Shown here piece after piece: positions 16,427 through 24,000 of a stretch of DNA of 24,000 bases. Position 1 is the stretch's first letter. Each line of letters starts with the position of its first letter. Location of the stretch: assembly GCA_040399915.1 (NCBI GenBank), contig JBBARE010000001.1, forward strand, positions 44,100 through 68,099, given 5' to 3'. Origin of the DNA: Bacteriovoracaceae bacterium. Its GTDB lineage: Bacteria; Bdellovibrionota; Bacteriovoracia; Bacteriovoracales; Bacteriovoracaceae. A program made the position numbers and the translations under genes. The notes beneath the pieces were generated by a model. It had not been told where the DNA came from. It saw only the letters and a program-made list of their open reading frames with translations, and did no database searches.

Positions 16427-16801
16427 CTAAGCAGCTTTTTTCTGAACGAAAACCCAGTTTGTTTTTGTACTCTTATCATGCAAAAGATGAATCTGAACGT
16501 TTGTCGGCCTCATTTTATAAGTGAAGGTATAATTGAAAGCAGAATTCAGATCTCCCATTTCAATACCAGACTTAAATTTTCCAAAAAAAAGTTTATTGTT
16601 CGTACAAGGAGCCACTTCTGTAAAAAAGTTTTTACCTTCTGCCGTTACTGCAGCAACACCTGCAAGTTCAGATTCATAACGATTATAAAGTAAAATTTTT
16701 CCATTATTATCTACTTTTACAATCCCGTAAGGAACATTATCCACCTCCCCGCGCGTGAGTGAACCAAGTTTAGAAAGGATGTCTGGCGTAACAAAACTCA
16801 T
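16427..16801 (-). CDS. pyp: Photoactive yellow protein (PYP), single-domain PAS blue-light photoreceptor
   Basis: It aligns along its whole length with Halorhodospira halophila PYP recalled from memory. [51 protein letters not shown] matches [61 protein letters not shown] matches ILQYNAAEGD, and the C-terminal NWVFVQKK matches YWVFVKRV. The chromophore Cys is encoded at 16604-16606. The ATG at 16801 has GGGAGA 7 nt upstream and gives 124 aa. The ORF-track start at 16822 adds 7 residues. Confidence 0.92.
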   Translation of the reverse strand: [124 protein letters not shown]

Positions 16802-16836
16802 ATCAATATCTCCCGTTTTCATGACTCGTCATTGAG

Positions 16837-17913
16837 TCAAGCTGCAATTTTAAATTCGTCTGATTGTTTTTTCTCTAATACGACACAAAGGCGTATGACA
16901 GTTTTCATGACTTTATCAAAAGCTAAGCTTTCTTCATTTTCTGATTGATTCTCCAGAAGATTTTCAAGCTTAAGACCTACATCGATCAATTTTTGTGCTT
17001 GTGTATGAAATTCTTCATCTGTCGTTGCCATCAAAATCCCGACTCGCAATTCTCTAAGGGTATTAGAAACCTCGGAGAACTCACTTGAAAAAGCACTACG
17101 AACTTCTCTTTCTTTAACAAGAAATTCGATTCCACTTGAGAATTCTTTTACCCATTCTTCGTAATCAAAACTATTAAGGAACGATGCATTTGTTAATTGT
17201 GCCTCTTTGAATACAGAGATTTCCTTAACCTGATGCTTTTTTCCAAGGAGATAAGCGACAGTTAAAAAAATGAAAACAAGAGCAACAGAGGGAAAGATTG
17301 GTAGCCTGGATTCTCTTTGCTCGCCTGCTGGAGAACGATCGCCCTTTGAAAGTTCTGCTCGTGCCTTTGAGACAAGTTCTTTGAGCTGATCAATTTGCTG
17401 TTTATCTAAACTAACAATAAAATTTGGATTTTGTTGATACCATCTGATTGACCAAAGAGAAGAAAGATCATCAATTGATTTTGTTAAAGCACCAGACTTC
17501 AATGGTTTTCTTGATTGATTAAAAAAGTTTTGATCACGAAGATCAAGAATACTTAAAAGTAATTTCTTGAAAGAAGACCACTCTTTAACAGATTCATCAA
17601 GCCCATAAAAAAGAGCTTCGTTTTCGAGTTGTTCCCAATCAGTTCGCAAACTCGACGTCAAAGAAGTTGACCGTAAAGATGCTGGCACTTCAGACGCAGG
17701 AATACCTGAGGGGTCATGCGCAATTGTAAAATAAAGCTTTTCTTCAAATTTTTTAAGTGACTGCCATTTAACAAGAGGGACTATTTTTTTCTGGTGATTT
17801 GAACTTAAGCTCAATTCAACTAAGCGAAGCGCTTCAGCTAGTTTTTCATTTGCTCCAAGAGAGTAACTCGCAGTAGAGCAAAAAATTAAAACAGTTAAAA
17901 TTATTTTGAGCAT
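16837..17913 (-). CDS. Membrane protein with receptor-like topology (N-terminal signal/TM1, ~180-aa periplasmic region, TM at aa ~204-224, ~130-aa helical cytoplasmic tail); function unknown
   Basis: N-terminus MLKIILTVLIFCSTASYSLGA, and a hydrophobic segment LPIFPSVALVFIFLTVAYLLG followed by KKHQ (positive-inside). Strong RBS GGGAGGA 5 nt upstream of the ATG at 17913. It is the first gene after a 337-nt AT-rich gap, and its stop is 35 nt from the preferred pyp start. Confidence 0.7.
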   Translation of the reverse strand: MLKIILTVLIFCSTASYSLGANEKLAEALRLVELSLSSNHQKKIVPLVKWQSLKKFEEKLYFTIAHDPSGIPASEVPASLRSTSLTSSLRTDWEQLENEALFYGLDESVKEWSSFKKLLLSILDLRDQNFFNQSRKPLKSGALTKSIDDLSSLWSIRWYQQNPNFIVSLDKQQIDQLKELVSKARAELSKGDRSPAGEQRESRLPIFPSVALVFIFLTVAYLLGKKHQVKEISVFKEAQLTNASFLNSFDYEEWVKEFSSGIEFLVKEREVRSAFSSEFSEVSNTLRELRVGILMATTDEEFHTQAQKLIDVGLKLENLLENQSENEESLAFDKVMKTVIRLCVVLEKKQSDEFKIAA

Positions 17914-18250
17914 TAAATCCTCCCTAATGAAATCTTAGAGACAATTCGGTTTAAAAACAGAGGGCATTATTTTCTAATCTTAAAATATTAAAAAGGAAAT
18001 TTCTGCTTCTCTCCTATTACTCAGACAAACTGCTGAATTCACTCTGGGAAGTTGTTAAGAACTATTTAATATGTTGGTTTATTTTTAATACTTTTTGAAA
18101 CCTTAAGAGACAAAAATATTTATCGCAAAGAATTCTCATTCGAGAAAAAATACAATTAAGAAAATTAAGAAACGACGACGCAAATACAATCTTAATTTTT
18201 AAAAATAAGACAAGAATATAAAAAAATCAGAGAAGTATTTTTTTAAAAAC
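17914..18250 (-). promoter_or_regulatory. AT-rich intergenic region, presumed promoter/operator region of the pyp-che block
   Basis: This is the only sizeable non-coding gap upstream of the 11-gene block. It contains AATTAAGAAA / ATTAAGAAA tandem copies (18154-18172) and an inverted copy (CTTAATTTTT, 18191-18200). I could not identify -35/-10 boxes confidently. Confidence 0.3.
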
Positions 18251-20347
18251 TTATTTAACTTTAAGACAAACACCAAAATAGCCTGGACCCTTATCAATCC
18301 GCCCTTCTGCCTCAAGAGGAATCATCGCCATTGGTCCTGAACCTGAGGAGAGAGGAATTTTAATAGTCTCACTTATCAATTCAGTTAATTTTTTATCGAT
18401 CGTGCTTTTCACGATACCGCTGAAGAAACTACTTTCTTTAAGTGCGTAGCGAGCAGTACCAGGAACAACGTTCCAATGAGCATTTCCATTTTCAAGACAG
18501 AAAGCACTGTCGTCACAGATGTTAGGAGTGAATCCAATTTCAAAATTAATATCACCGGCAATTTTACCTTGTCCAAGCGCAACTGCTCCACGAAAACATT
18601 CTTTTGTCTTAAAATCGACTTTATAGCCTCCAGACGTCTGATCAAATTTTAATTGGGGAGCACCATTTAAAAAGCAGCGCATTCCACCTTGGCTTTCTTC
18701 AATCGAAAATGAACAGCCATTTCCACGCGGAGACCCGTCTCCATTACGAATGATTTCATTTTTATTGTTTGTTTCTGGAATGAAGTCGCCCTTACCGCTA
18801 TGACAAAGTCTGCCGGATTTATACATCTCAGTCATGAGCGAGTTTATTTCATTTAAATCGACATAAGTCTGAATGGGGCAATTAGGAATGCTTTTCCTCT
18901 CGTGAGGAGACGGATTATCTATATCACATAATTCAGGAATACTTATCCTAAAACCTGCAGTTGATCCGTTTCCAAGATTTGTCATCAGGAGAACGTTGTT
19001 AAAGAGACCTGACTCGAGCTGCTTGTCTGCAATTTTCTTGTTGATAGGTTGAAGTTTTGATTCAAAAATTGATCCGAGATTCAAAGCTGTCATCCGCTCT
19101 TCAAAACTTGCTACTCTCTTTCTAATATCTTCAGACGTCACCTGATCATAGCGCACCATCTGATCCTCAATCATTTTGGCAGCATCTGCAGGTCGTGGAA
19201 TATCTTTAAGAAGTAGTGTTTTTTTCTTAAATGGGTAAAGCTGGTTTAAACACTTATGTTCAACAGGAATTGTTTTTTTCTCTTGTTTTAGAATTGAGCA
19301 ATCCATCAGGTCGACATATTTTTTCACGGCCATGTTTCCAACGCCCATTTCTGAAAGAAAAGAATTAGTGGGTACAGAAATTTGAGTAGGTTCTTTTTTA
19401 TCGAGTTCCGTAATCATGGTCGAAACCTGAAGCTGGAAAGTTTTCGCAAGAGATGCCTGAACAGCATCCTCCATGGTTGGTCTGAAATATCTGGCAAGGG
19501 GTGGAATCGCCGTTAATTTCAAAATACTTTGAGTGGCAGGAGAATAACCTGACAGTCCTCTTATATTTGAACCAGCAAGAGCTTCGTTAATCATACCGTC
19601 TGAAACGAAGTTTCCATTTTTTCTTTCAATCAAAATTTCTGATAACGGTTCTGCAGAAGTGAGATTGAGTTTCGCATTCATGCAAACTTCGCGCTTACCA
19701 TCAAGTTTGATATTGATGTTATCCATTCCCATACGTTCATACTCAAGGTTTTCTTCCTTACTGAACTCAACATCAACCCCAACGCTAATCTCCAACGCTA
19801 AAATATCAAAACAAGCTTTAAGCACTCCATCAGCTGCTGAAACACTCAAAGGCTTCATATCAAGCTTTTTAATGCCAACTGGTTTAGGGAAGTGAATCAT
19901 AGACGGGCGGGCAAGACTTTTAGGACCACATTTTTCCATTCCCTGGCTTCCCATGATTAGTGAACACGGCAGAGTTGTACAAATTTCTGTCTTCACTTCC
20001 ATGCTTGTGTCCGGACTCGCACAGATTCGTGGATCTTCACAATTAATGGCTTTAAACTTTGGATCTCCCTGCGCTTTTTCTTTTTTACAAATAATGATAT
20101 TGGGCGGGAATCCAACTGATTCCATGGAATAATCAGTTAGAACTTTTGCTTTGAAGCCGTCCGAATTAAAAAGAGCCGTGAGTGATGGTACAAGGGCATC
20201 ATGCAGTTTTGGAGAGCTTGATGAAGCAGTTTTCAGTGCTTCACCTTCAACTTCCATGCGCATAAGTTGCGACCGACAATTACAATCAATTTGTGCGTTG
20301 GTATTTGTGATAACAAATAAGAGAAGAAGCGAAGTCCATGTTCTCAT
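18251..20347 (-). CDS. Secreted cysteine-rich protein of unknown function (paralog B)
   Basis: Signal peptide MRTWTSLLLLFVITNTNAQ. It is collinear with the upstream paralog, for example IPELCDIDNPSPHERKSIPNCPIQTYVDLNEINSLMTEMYKSGRLC versus LPELCSDKPSPHAGKKIKNCPVQVYADLNEFNKVLKKMFDTGRLC, with C-terminal GPGYFGVCL versus GPGYFGACL. ATGA overlap with the upstream gene. Confidence 0.8.
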   Translation of the reverse strand: MRTWTSLLLLFVITNTNAQIDCNCRSQLMRMEVEGEALKTASSSSPKLHDALVPSLTALFNSDGFKAKVLTDYSMESVGFPPNIIICKKEKAQGDPKFKAINCEDPRICASPDTSMEVKTEICTTLPCSLIMGSQGMEKCGPKSLARPSMIHFPKPVGIKKLDMKPLSVSAADGVLKACFDILALEISVGVDVEFSKEENLEYERMGMDNINIKLDGKREVCMNAKLNLTSAEPLSEILIERKNGNFVSDGMINEALAGSNIRGLSGYSPATQSILKLTAIPPLARYFRPTMEDAVQASLAKTFQLQVSTMITELDKKEPTQISVPTNSFLSEMGVGNMAVKKYVDLMDCSILKQEKKTIPVEHKCLNQLYPFKKKTLLLKDIPRPADAAKMIEDQMVRYDQVTSEDIRKRVASFEERMTALNLGSIFESKLQPINKKIADKQLESGLFNNVLLMTNLGNGSTAGFRISIPELCDIDNPSPHERKSIPNCPIQTYVDLNEINSLMTEMYKSGRLCHSGKGDFIPETNNKNEIIRNGDGSPRGNGCSFSIEESQGGMRCFLNGAPQLKFDQTSGGYKVDFKTKECFRGAVALGQGKIAGDINFEIGFTPNICDDSAFCLENGNAHWNVVPGTARYALKESSFFSGIVKSTIDKKLTELISETIKIPLSSGSGPMAMIPLEAEGRIDKGPGYFGVCLKVK

Positions 20348-22509
20348 TGGCCTGACGCCTCTTTCGGAATTTCAAGACAAGCACCAAAATAACCCGGCCC
20401 ACTATCCACGCGCCCCTCCGCTTGCAGTGGGATATTCGCCATAGGCCCCACTCCCTGTGCCATCGGAAGACGGATGGTATTTTTCATGGAACCTGTAATC
20501 GCTTCATTTAACTTCTTAGTAATTAAACCTTTAAAGAAACTAGAATCAGAAAGTCCAAAGCGCTCAGTTCCAGGCACGACGCTCCATTTAATGTCCGGAT
20601 TCTCCATGCAGAAGTCACCATTACTGCAAGCCTTGGGTTGGAAGGCAAAATCAATATTGAAATCACCACCGAATTTACCAATTCCAAAAATAACCGGACC
20701 ACGGAAACATCCCTGAAGGCCTAGATTGAAGCCGTATTTTTTAGTTTTTGTATCGTATTTAATCTGAGGCGGTGCTTTCATGTGGCAACCCATGCCCTCA
20801 ACCTCAACGTAGCACCCACCGTTTGCCAGAGGTTTTCCTTTTTGATCGTAAGCTGGTTTTCCGAAAGCATCTAGTTTCGGGTCATACTCCCCTTCACCTT
20901 TCATACACAAGCGACCTGTATCAAACATTTTCTTTAACACTTTATTAAATTCATTTAAGTCAGCATAAACTTGTACCGGACAATTTTTTATTTTCTTTCC
21001 AGCGTGGGGTGAAGGTTTATCTGAACATAATTCCGGGAGACTGAGACCAATACTATTGGAAGTACCTTGATTTAACTGGCCTTGAATTTCCATAAAATCA
21101 TAGAGCTGATTTTCTAATTGATTATTTGCAATGGCGTCGATTAAAGGATTCATTTCTTCGTCAATTTTCCGTTGTGCAGCTTCAGTGTGCCACAGCTGGA
21201 TTTCTGCAATTTCTTCTTCGTTTCTTCCCTGTGTAAAAAAGCTACTCGGTTTTTCTGCGAGGATAACTTCTTTTAAAGCAATCAAGCGTTGCTTGATACT
21301 TTCAGAAGTAATTTTTTTTCCTTTCGCCATACTGAGGAAATAATCTAACTCTATGCCAGAGCCATCAAGCTCTGGAGTCACGACTCCTGAGAAATGAGGA
21401 AGACCCAGGCAAGGATGTTTAGGTGGAATCTCGCGTTTTGCCATTTTAATCTGAGAACACTCAGCTTTAGCGAGCTGATCTTTTACTTGCATGTTCACTA
21501 AACCTAATTCACTCATCATGTTGCGTGAATCAACAATAGTCGTTAAATTACTGGCAGCAATAGGTGCTACCGTTTTCTTAATAAGATCAGTAAAAACAGT
21601 ACTTAAACTATCTTTCAAACTTGTTTCAATTGAATCACGTAGTGGATGAAATAAGACTGGAATCAACTCGGCTTGAATCTGCGCCAGCTGATCCTGTGGA
21701 TAACCGCTTAAGCCCTGGATTTGGAGTTTTTTCGCTGCTTCCCTGATCATGCTATCAGAAATAAAGGGACCACTGCCTTGGGGAGTAAGCTTGATATTTG
21801 TGACCGGATCAATGCTTCCAATATTAATACTAGCACTCACGCAAAGTTCTCTAGGGCCCTCGAGCACAGGATTAATATTATTAATATCAATTGATTTATC
21901 AGGAAGTGATGTCTTTCTCGTATCCAGAGATAAACTCGTGCTCATCTTGATATCAAGTTCATTGATCCGAAAGCAAAGATTAGCCACTCCGTTTCTAAAA
22001 TCGACCTTCGTTGGAGTCATCCCCATTTTTTTTATTTCCAGCGGAGTTGGAAATGAAATTCCATTCGGATAAATATCTTTAGTCTCATTGCATTTACCGG
22101 GATTTAAAGTTCCCTCAAGAATCGGACAAGGAAGCTTGAAGCAAATTTTTTCTCTCACTTCAGCATCAAGATCCGATTCTGAGCAAAGACCAGGCTTGTG
22201 ACAATCAAGATTTTTGAACTTCTCATCACCTTCAGCTTTTTCACGTAAACAAGTTTCAAGTGTTTGCGGAAACCCGATGGGAATTAAAGGATAAGTTTTT
22301 TGAAGCAATGAAGTTAAAGCGGGTGACTCAGATAGATTTTTTAAAGCTGGTAAAAGTCCCTGCGCATTTCCTGAACTCAAAACATTAGCGGCAATTTCAA
22401 GACGCAAAAGTTGTGAAGCACATTTTGTCGCACAATCATTCTCGGCTTCGGCAAAGGATAAAAAACTAAATAAGAGAAGACCTACAACAAGCCAAATATG
22501 AGGAACCAT
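20344..22509 (-). CDS. Secreted cysteine-rich protein of unknown function (paralog A)
   Basis: Signal peptide MVPHIWLVVGLLLFSFLSFAEA. It has about 20 Cys, largely aligned with those of paralog B. Shared motifs include GLSGY, CFRG, GDFNI/GDINF, W.VVPGT.R and GPMA.IPL.AEGR.D.GPGYFG.CL. Confidence 0.8.
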   Translation of the reverse strand: MVPHIWLVVGLLLFSFLSFAEAENDCATKCASQLLRLEIAANVLSSGNAQGLLPALKNLSESPALTSLLQKTYPLIPIGFPQTLETCLREKAEGDEKFKNLDCHKPGLCSESDLDAEVREKICFKLPCPILEGTLNPGKCNETKDIYPNGISFPTPLEIKKMGMTPTKVDFRNGVANLCFRINELDIKMSTSLSLDTRKTSLPDKSIDINNINPVLEGPRELCVSASINIGSIDPVTNIKLTPQGSGPFISDSMIREAAKKLQIQGLSGYPQDQLAQIQAELIPVLFHPLRDSIETSLKDSLSTVFTDLIKKTVAPIAASNLTTIVDSRNMMSELGLVNMQVKDQLAKAECSQIKMAKREIPPKHPCLGLPHFSGVVTPELDGSGIELDYFLSMAKGKKITSESIKQRLIALKEVILAEKPSSFFTQGRNEEEIAEIQLWHTEAAQRKIDEEMNPLIDAIANNQLENQLYDFMEIQGQLNQGTSNSIGLSLPELCSDKPSPHAGKKIKNCPVQVYADLNEFNKVLKKMFDTGRLCMKGEGEYDPKLDAFGKPAYDQKGKPLANGGCYVEVEGMGCHMKAPPQIKYDTKTKKYGFNLGLQGCFRGPVIFGIGKFGGDFNIDFAFQPKACSNGDFCMENPDIKWSVVPGTERFGLSDSSFFKGLITKKLNEAITGSMKNTIRLPMAQGVGPMANIPLQAEGRVDSGPGYFGACLEIPKEASGQ

Positions 22510-22792
22510 AGATAACCTTATCGTAACAACAGGAGCAAACCATTAAGGAATTGTTGACCATAAGGGTGGCCTATAAAAAGCTCGCTATTTTAATAAGTTA
22601 TAAGGCAAACGCCCATTTTTATCATCCCTTTTTCGAAGACGGAGTTATGAAAATGAGTGAAGCTTATGATGAGTTTGGAAATCGCGAAGGCGAATCTAAT
22701 TATTAGGATAAAAAAATTTCTTACAGGCAAGTTTCGGATCATTTAGAAGTTAATGGCGATTCCAAACCCATGCTTTTTGAACTTTCAATCGA

Positions 22793-23293
22793 CTAACGTT
22801 TCCCAAATAGATGCAAGTACTCTTCGTAACCAGCTTTCTTCATCTCTTCAACTGGGATGAATTTGAGCGCAGCAGAGTTAATGCAGAAACGCTTTCCACC
22901 CTTATCTTCAGGTCCGTCATCAAAGACGTGACCCAAATGACTATTACCAGTTTTACTTCTGACTTCAGTCCTTGGCAGTCCTAAGTTCAGATCTAATTTC
23001 GTTGAAACACTTTTATCGTTTATACCTCGGGTAAAAGATGGCCACCCAGTACCTGAATCATATTTATCAAGTGAACTAAAAAGAGGCTCACCTGTGGCGA
23101 CATCAACATAAATACCGGCGCGCTTATTATCCCAATACTCGTTTTTAAAAGGCTGCTCAGTCGCGTCTTCCTGAGTGACTTTATATTGCATCGGAGTCAG
23201 TTCTTTTTTTAGAATTGATTTGTCCTTAGCAACCCATTTGGCGTGTGAGAAAGAACTAGAAAGAACAAAAATGCTTAGAATTAAAAATTTCAT
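22793..23293 (-). CDS. msrB: Peptide-methionine (R)-S-oxide reductase MsrB, exported form
   Basis: Signal peptide [18 protein letters not shown]. Motifs [16 protein letters not shown] and the catalytic RFCINSAAL. Both zinc-binding CxxC pairs are absent ([10 protein letters not shown] and [12 protein letters not shown]). Confidence 0.9.
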   Translation of the reverse strand: MKFLILSIFVLSSSFSHAKWVAKDKSILKKELTPMQYKVTQEDATEQPFKNEYWDNKRAGIYVDVATGEPLFSSLDKYDSGTGWPSFTRGINDKSVSTKLDLNLGLPRTEVRSKTGNSHLGHVFDDGPEDKGGKRFCINSAALKFIPVEEMKKAGYEEYLHLFGKR

Positions 23294-23666
23294 ATGGCTT
23301 CATTATACCCTATACGTACGAGAGTGCCAGAAAGTTAAAAGGCGTTTGAAAAGAAAAGGCAAAGTACCTAATAAAATCAGAATGATGATCATAGGCCAGC
23401 TGAGAATTACAGACGGAGTCTTGATTTCTGAAATCTTAAGACCTGCAAGATCTTAAATAAAGGTACCCGGTAACATAGCGATGAAGGTAATCCAGGCAAA
23501 TATTTTGAGCTTTATGAATGTAAGCCGACATAAATAACAAAACAGTTGAGAACGGTTACTGCTCTCTGAATATTTTAATTTTTACTAGATTCAATTGAAT
23601 GGTTTCAAATTTAAGACATTGATAAGTTCCTGAAAAAATAAATCTCGTCGTATGTTGAGTTGTGAA

Positions 23667-24000
23667 TTAATTGACAGGTTTAATTAATCCACAGGCAATT
23701 CTATCGCCGGAGTTACCACTTGGTTCTGATGTTAAATTATCAGGATCAGCATTGATAAGGACGGATTTACCGATCAACAGGCTTAAGTCATCTGTATTTG
23801 TTTTTGGTAGAATAATCTCTTTTTTTCCGACACCATTTTTATCTGTTTCAATGTTTCCCAAGTCACCTAAGTGTCTATTGCTCACTCCGGGGTGACCATG
23901 AGCTTTGTTGTGGGGATTAAAATGAGCTCCCGCTGATTTGTAATCAGGTCCCTCGCAAAATCCTTTCTCATGGATATGGATACCGTGCTGGGCGTTTGGT
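23667..24000 (-). CDS. sodC: Cu/Zn superoxide dismutase SodC (5' end lies beyond the window)
   Basis: My translation of the minus strand to the window edge is PNAQHGIHIHEKGFCEGPDYKSAGAHFNPHNKAHGHPGVSNRHLGDLGNIETDKNG...GNSGDRIACGLIKPVN, which contains the classic SodC metal-ligand motifs. The ORF track shows only the part after an internal GTG. Confidence 0.9.
   Translation of the reverse strand, partial: PNAQHGIHIHEKGFCEGPDYKSAGAHFNPHNKAHGHPGVSNRHLGDLGNIETDKNGVGKKEIILPKTNTDDLSLLIGKSVLINADPDNLTSEPSGNSGDRIACGLIKPVN

Noticed and set aside
16417-16479. Upstream extension of the coiled-coil ORF (MIRVQKQTGFSFRKKLLRRFT...) overlapping the pyp 3' end
   Set aside because: The extension is basic, low-complexity sequence read from the pyp antisense-frame region. 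The internal ATG at 16416 has a well-spaced AGGAG, so the shorter form is preferred.
10771-16693. Short ORFs nested in cheA, pcl, tal, the 472-aa gene, the coiled-coil gene and pyp (for example 10771-10989, 11448-11723, 11903-12127, 12196-12477, 12833-13015, 13024-13251, 13043-13225, 14058-14249, 15221-15433, 16200-16412, 16361-16693)
   Set aside because: They overlap CDSs with clear family motifs and have no independent support.
18117-18130. GCGATAA on the minus strand resembling the -10 element (GCCGATAA) of sigma-28/FliA flagellar promoters, upstream of the pyp-che block
   Set aside because: No TAAA-type -35 element occurs at the expected ~15-nt spacing, and the region is so AT-rich that a 7-mer partial match is expected by chance.
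18409-22072. Short ORFs inside or antisense to the two Cys-rich paralog genes (18409-18645, 19659-19895, 20151-20444, 20474-20716, 21131-21343, 21749-22072)
   Set aside because: They are nested in long ORFs whose reality is supported by paralogy and conserved Cys spacing.
22647-22706. 19-aa plus-strand ORF (MKMSEAYDEFGNREGESNY) in the gap upstream of paralog A
   Set aside because: The GGAG is only 2 nt from the ATG, the ORF is very short and no motif is recognisable. The nearby TTGACC...TATAAA pair has only ~12-nt spacing, which is too short for a sigma-70 promoter.
23175-23456. 93-aa plus-strand ORF overlapping the msrB 5' end, plus small hydrophobic minus-strand ORFs in the msrB-sodC gap
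   Set aside because: The 93-aa ORF is antisense to the msrB signal-peptide region. The others are under 35 aa without an RBS. All were treated as non-coding or promoter region.
23671-23895. 74-aa plus-strand ORF antisense to sodC
   Set aside because: The minus strand here encodes textbook Cu/Zn-SOD motifs continuing to the window edge, so the plus-strand ORF is a shadow.
1-24000. Scan for mobile-element hallmarks, CRISPR repeats, tRNA or rRNA genes, and known defence-system genes
   Set aside because: I found no transposase, integrase or recombinase-like ORFs, no regularly spaced direct repeats and no tRNA-like or rRNA-like segments. The pyp-che block shows no obvious flanking repeats or compositional break that would suggest recent horizontal acquisition, but this was judged by eye only.

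Overview
Low-GC (by eye, roughly high-30s %) Gram-negative chromosomal segment, densely coding. I saw no rRNA, tRNA, CRISPR array, transposase or integrase. The main feature is an 11-gene, same-strand (minus) operon-like block from 17913 down to 5716, with junctions that overlap or have gaps of at most about 35 nt. In transcription order it encodes: a membrane protein with receptor-like topology, a photoactive yellow protein (PYP), a small coiled-coil protein with a three-fold repeat, a protein that looks like a degenerate CheA P4-P5 with a CheW-like C-terminus, an MIO-type aromatic amino-acid ammonia-lyase (TAL-like), a short adenylate-forming ligase (p-coumaroyl-CoA ligase-like), a P2-less CheA, a soluble MCP with two tandem signalling hairpins, a double-CheW protein, a CheB with a degenerate receiver domain, and CheR. 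A blue-light photoreceptor and its chromophore biosynthesis genes are therefore embedded in a dedicated chemosensory pathway, which makes this a candidate PYP-driven phototaxis or photosensory module. No cheY is present in the window. Flanking genes are a secreted PhoD-like phosphatase, an FN3-like lipoprotein, a 682-aa protein with a C-terminal HExxH (HEAHHLMQQ) motif, a DUF481/YdiY outer-membrane protein, two tandem paralogous cysteine-rich secreted ~700-aa proteins of unknown function, a secreted zinc-less MsrB and a partial periplasmic Cu/Zn superoxide dismutase. All domain calls come from motif recognition by eye and need HMM or BLAST confirmation.
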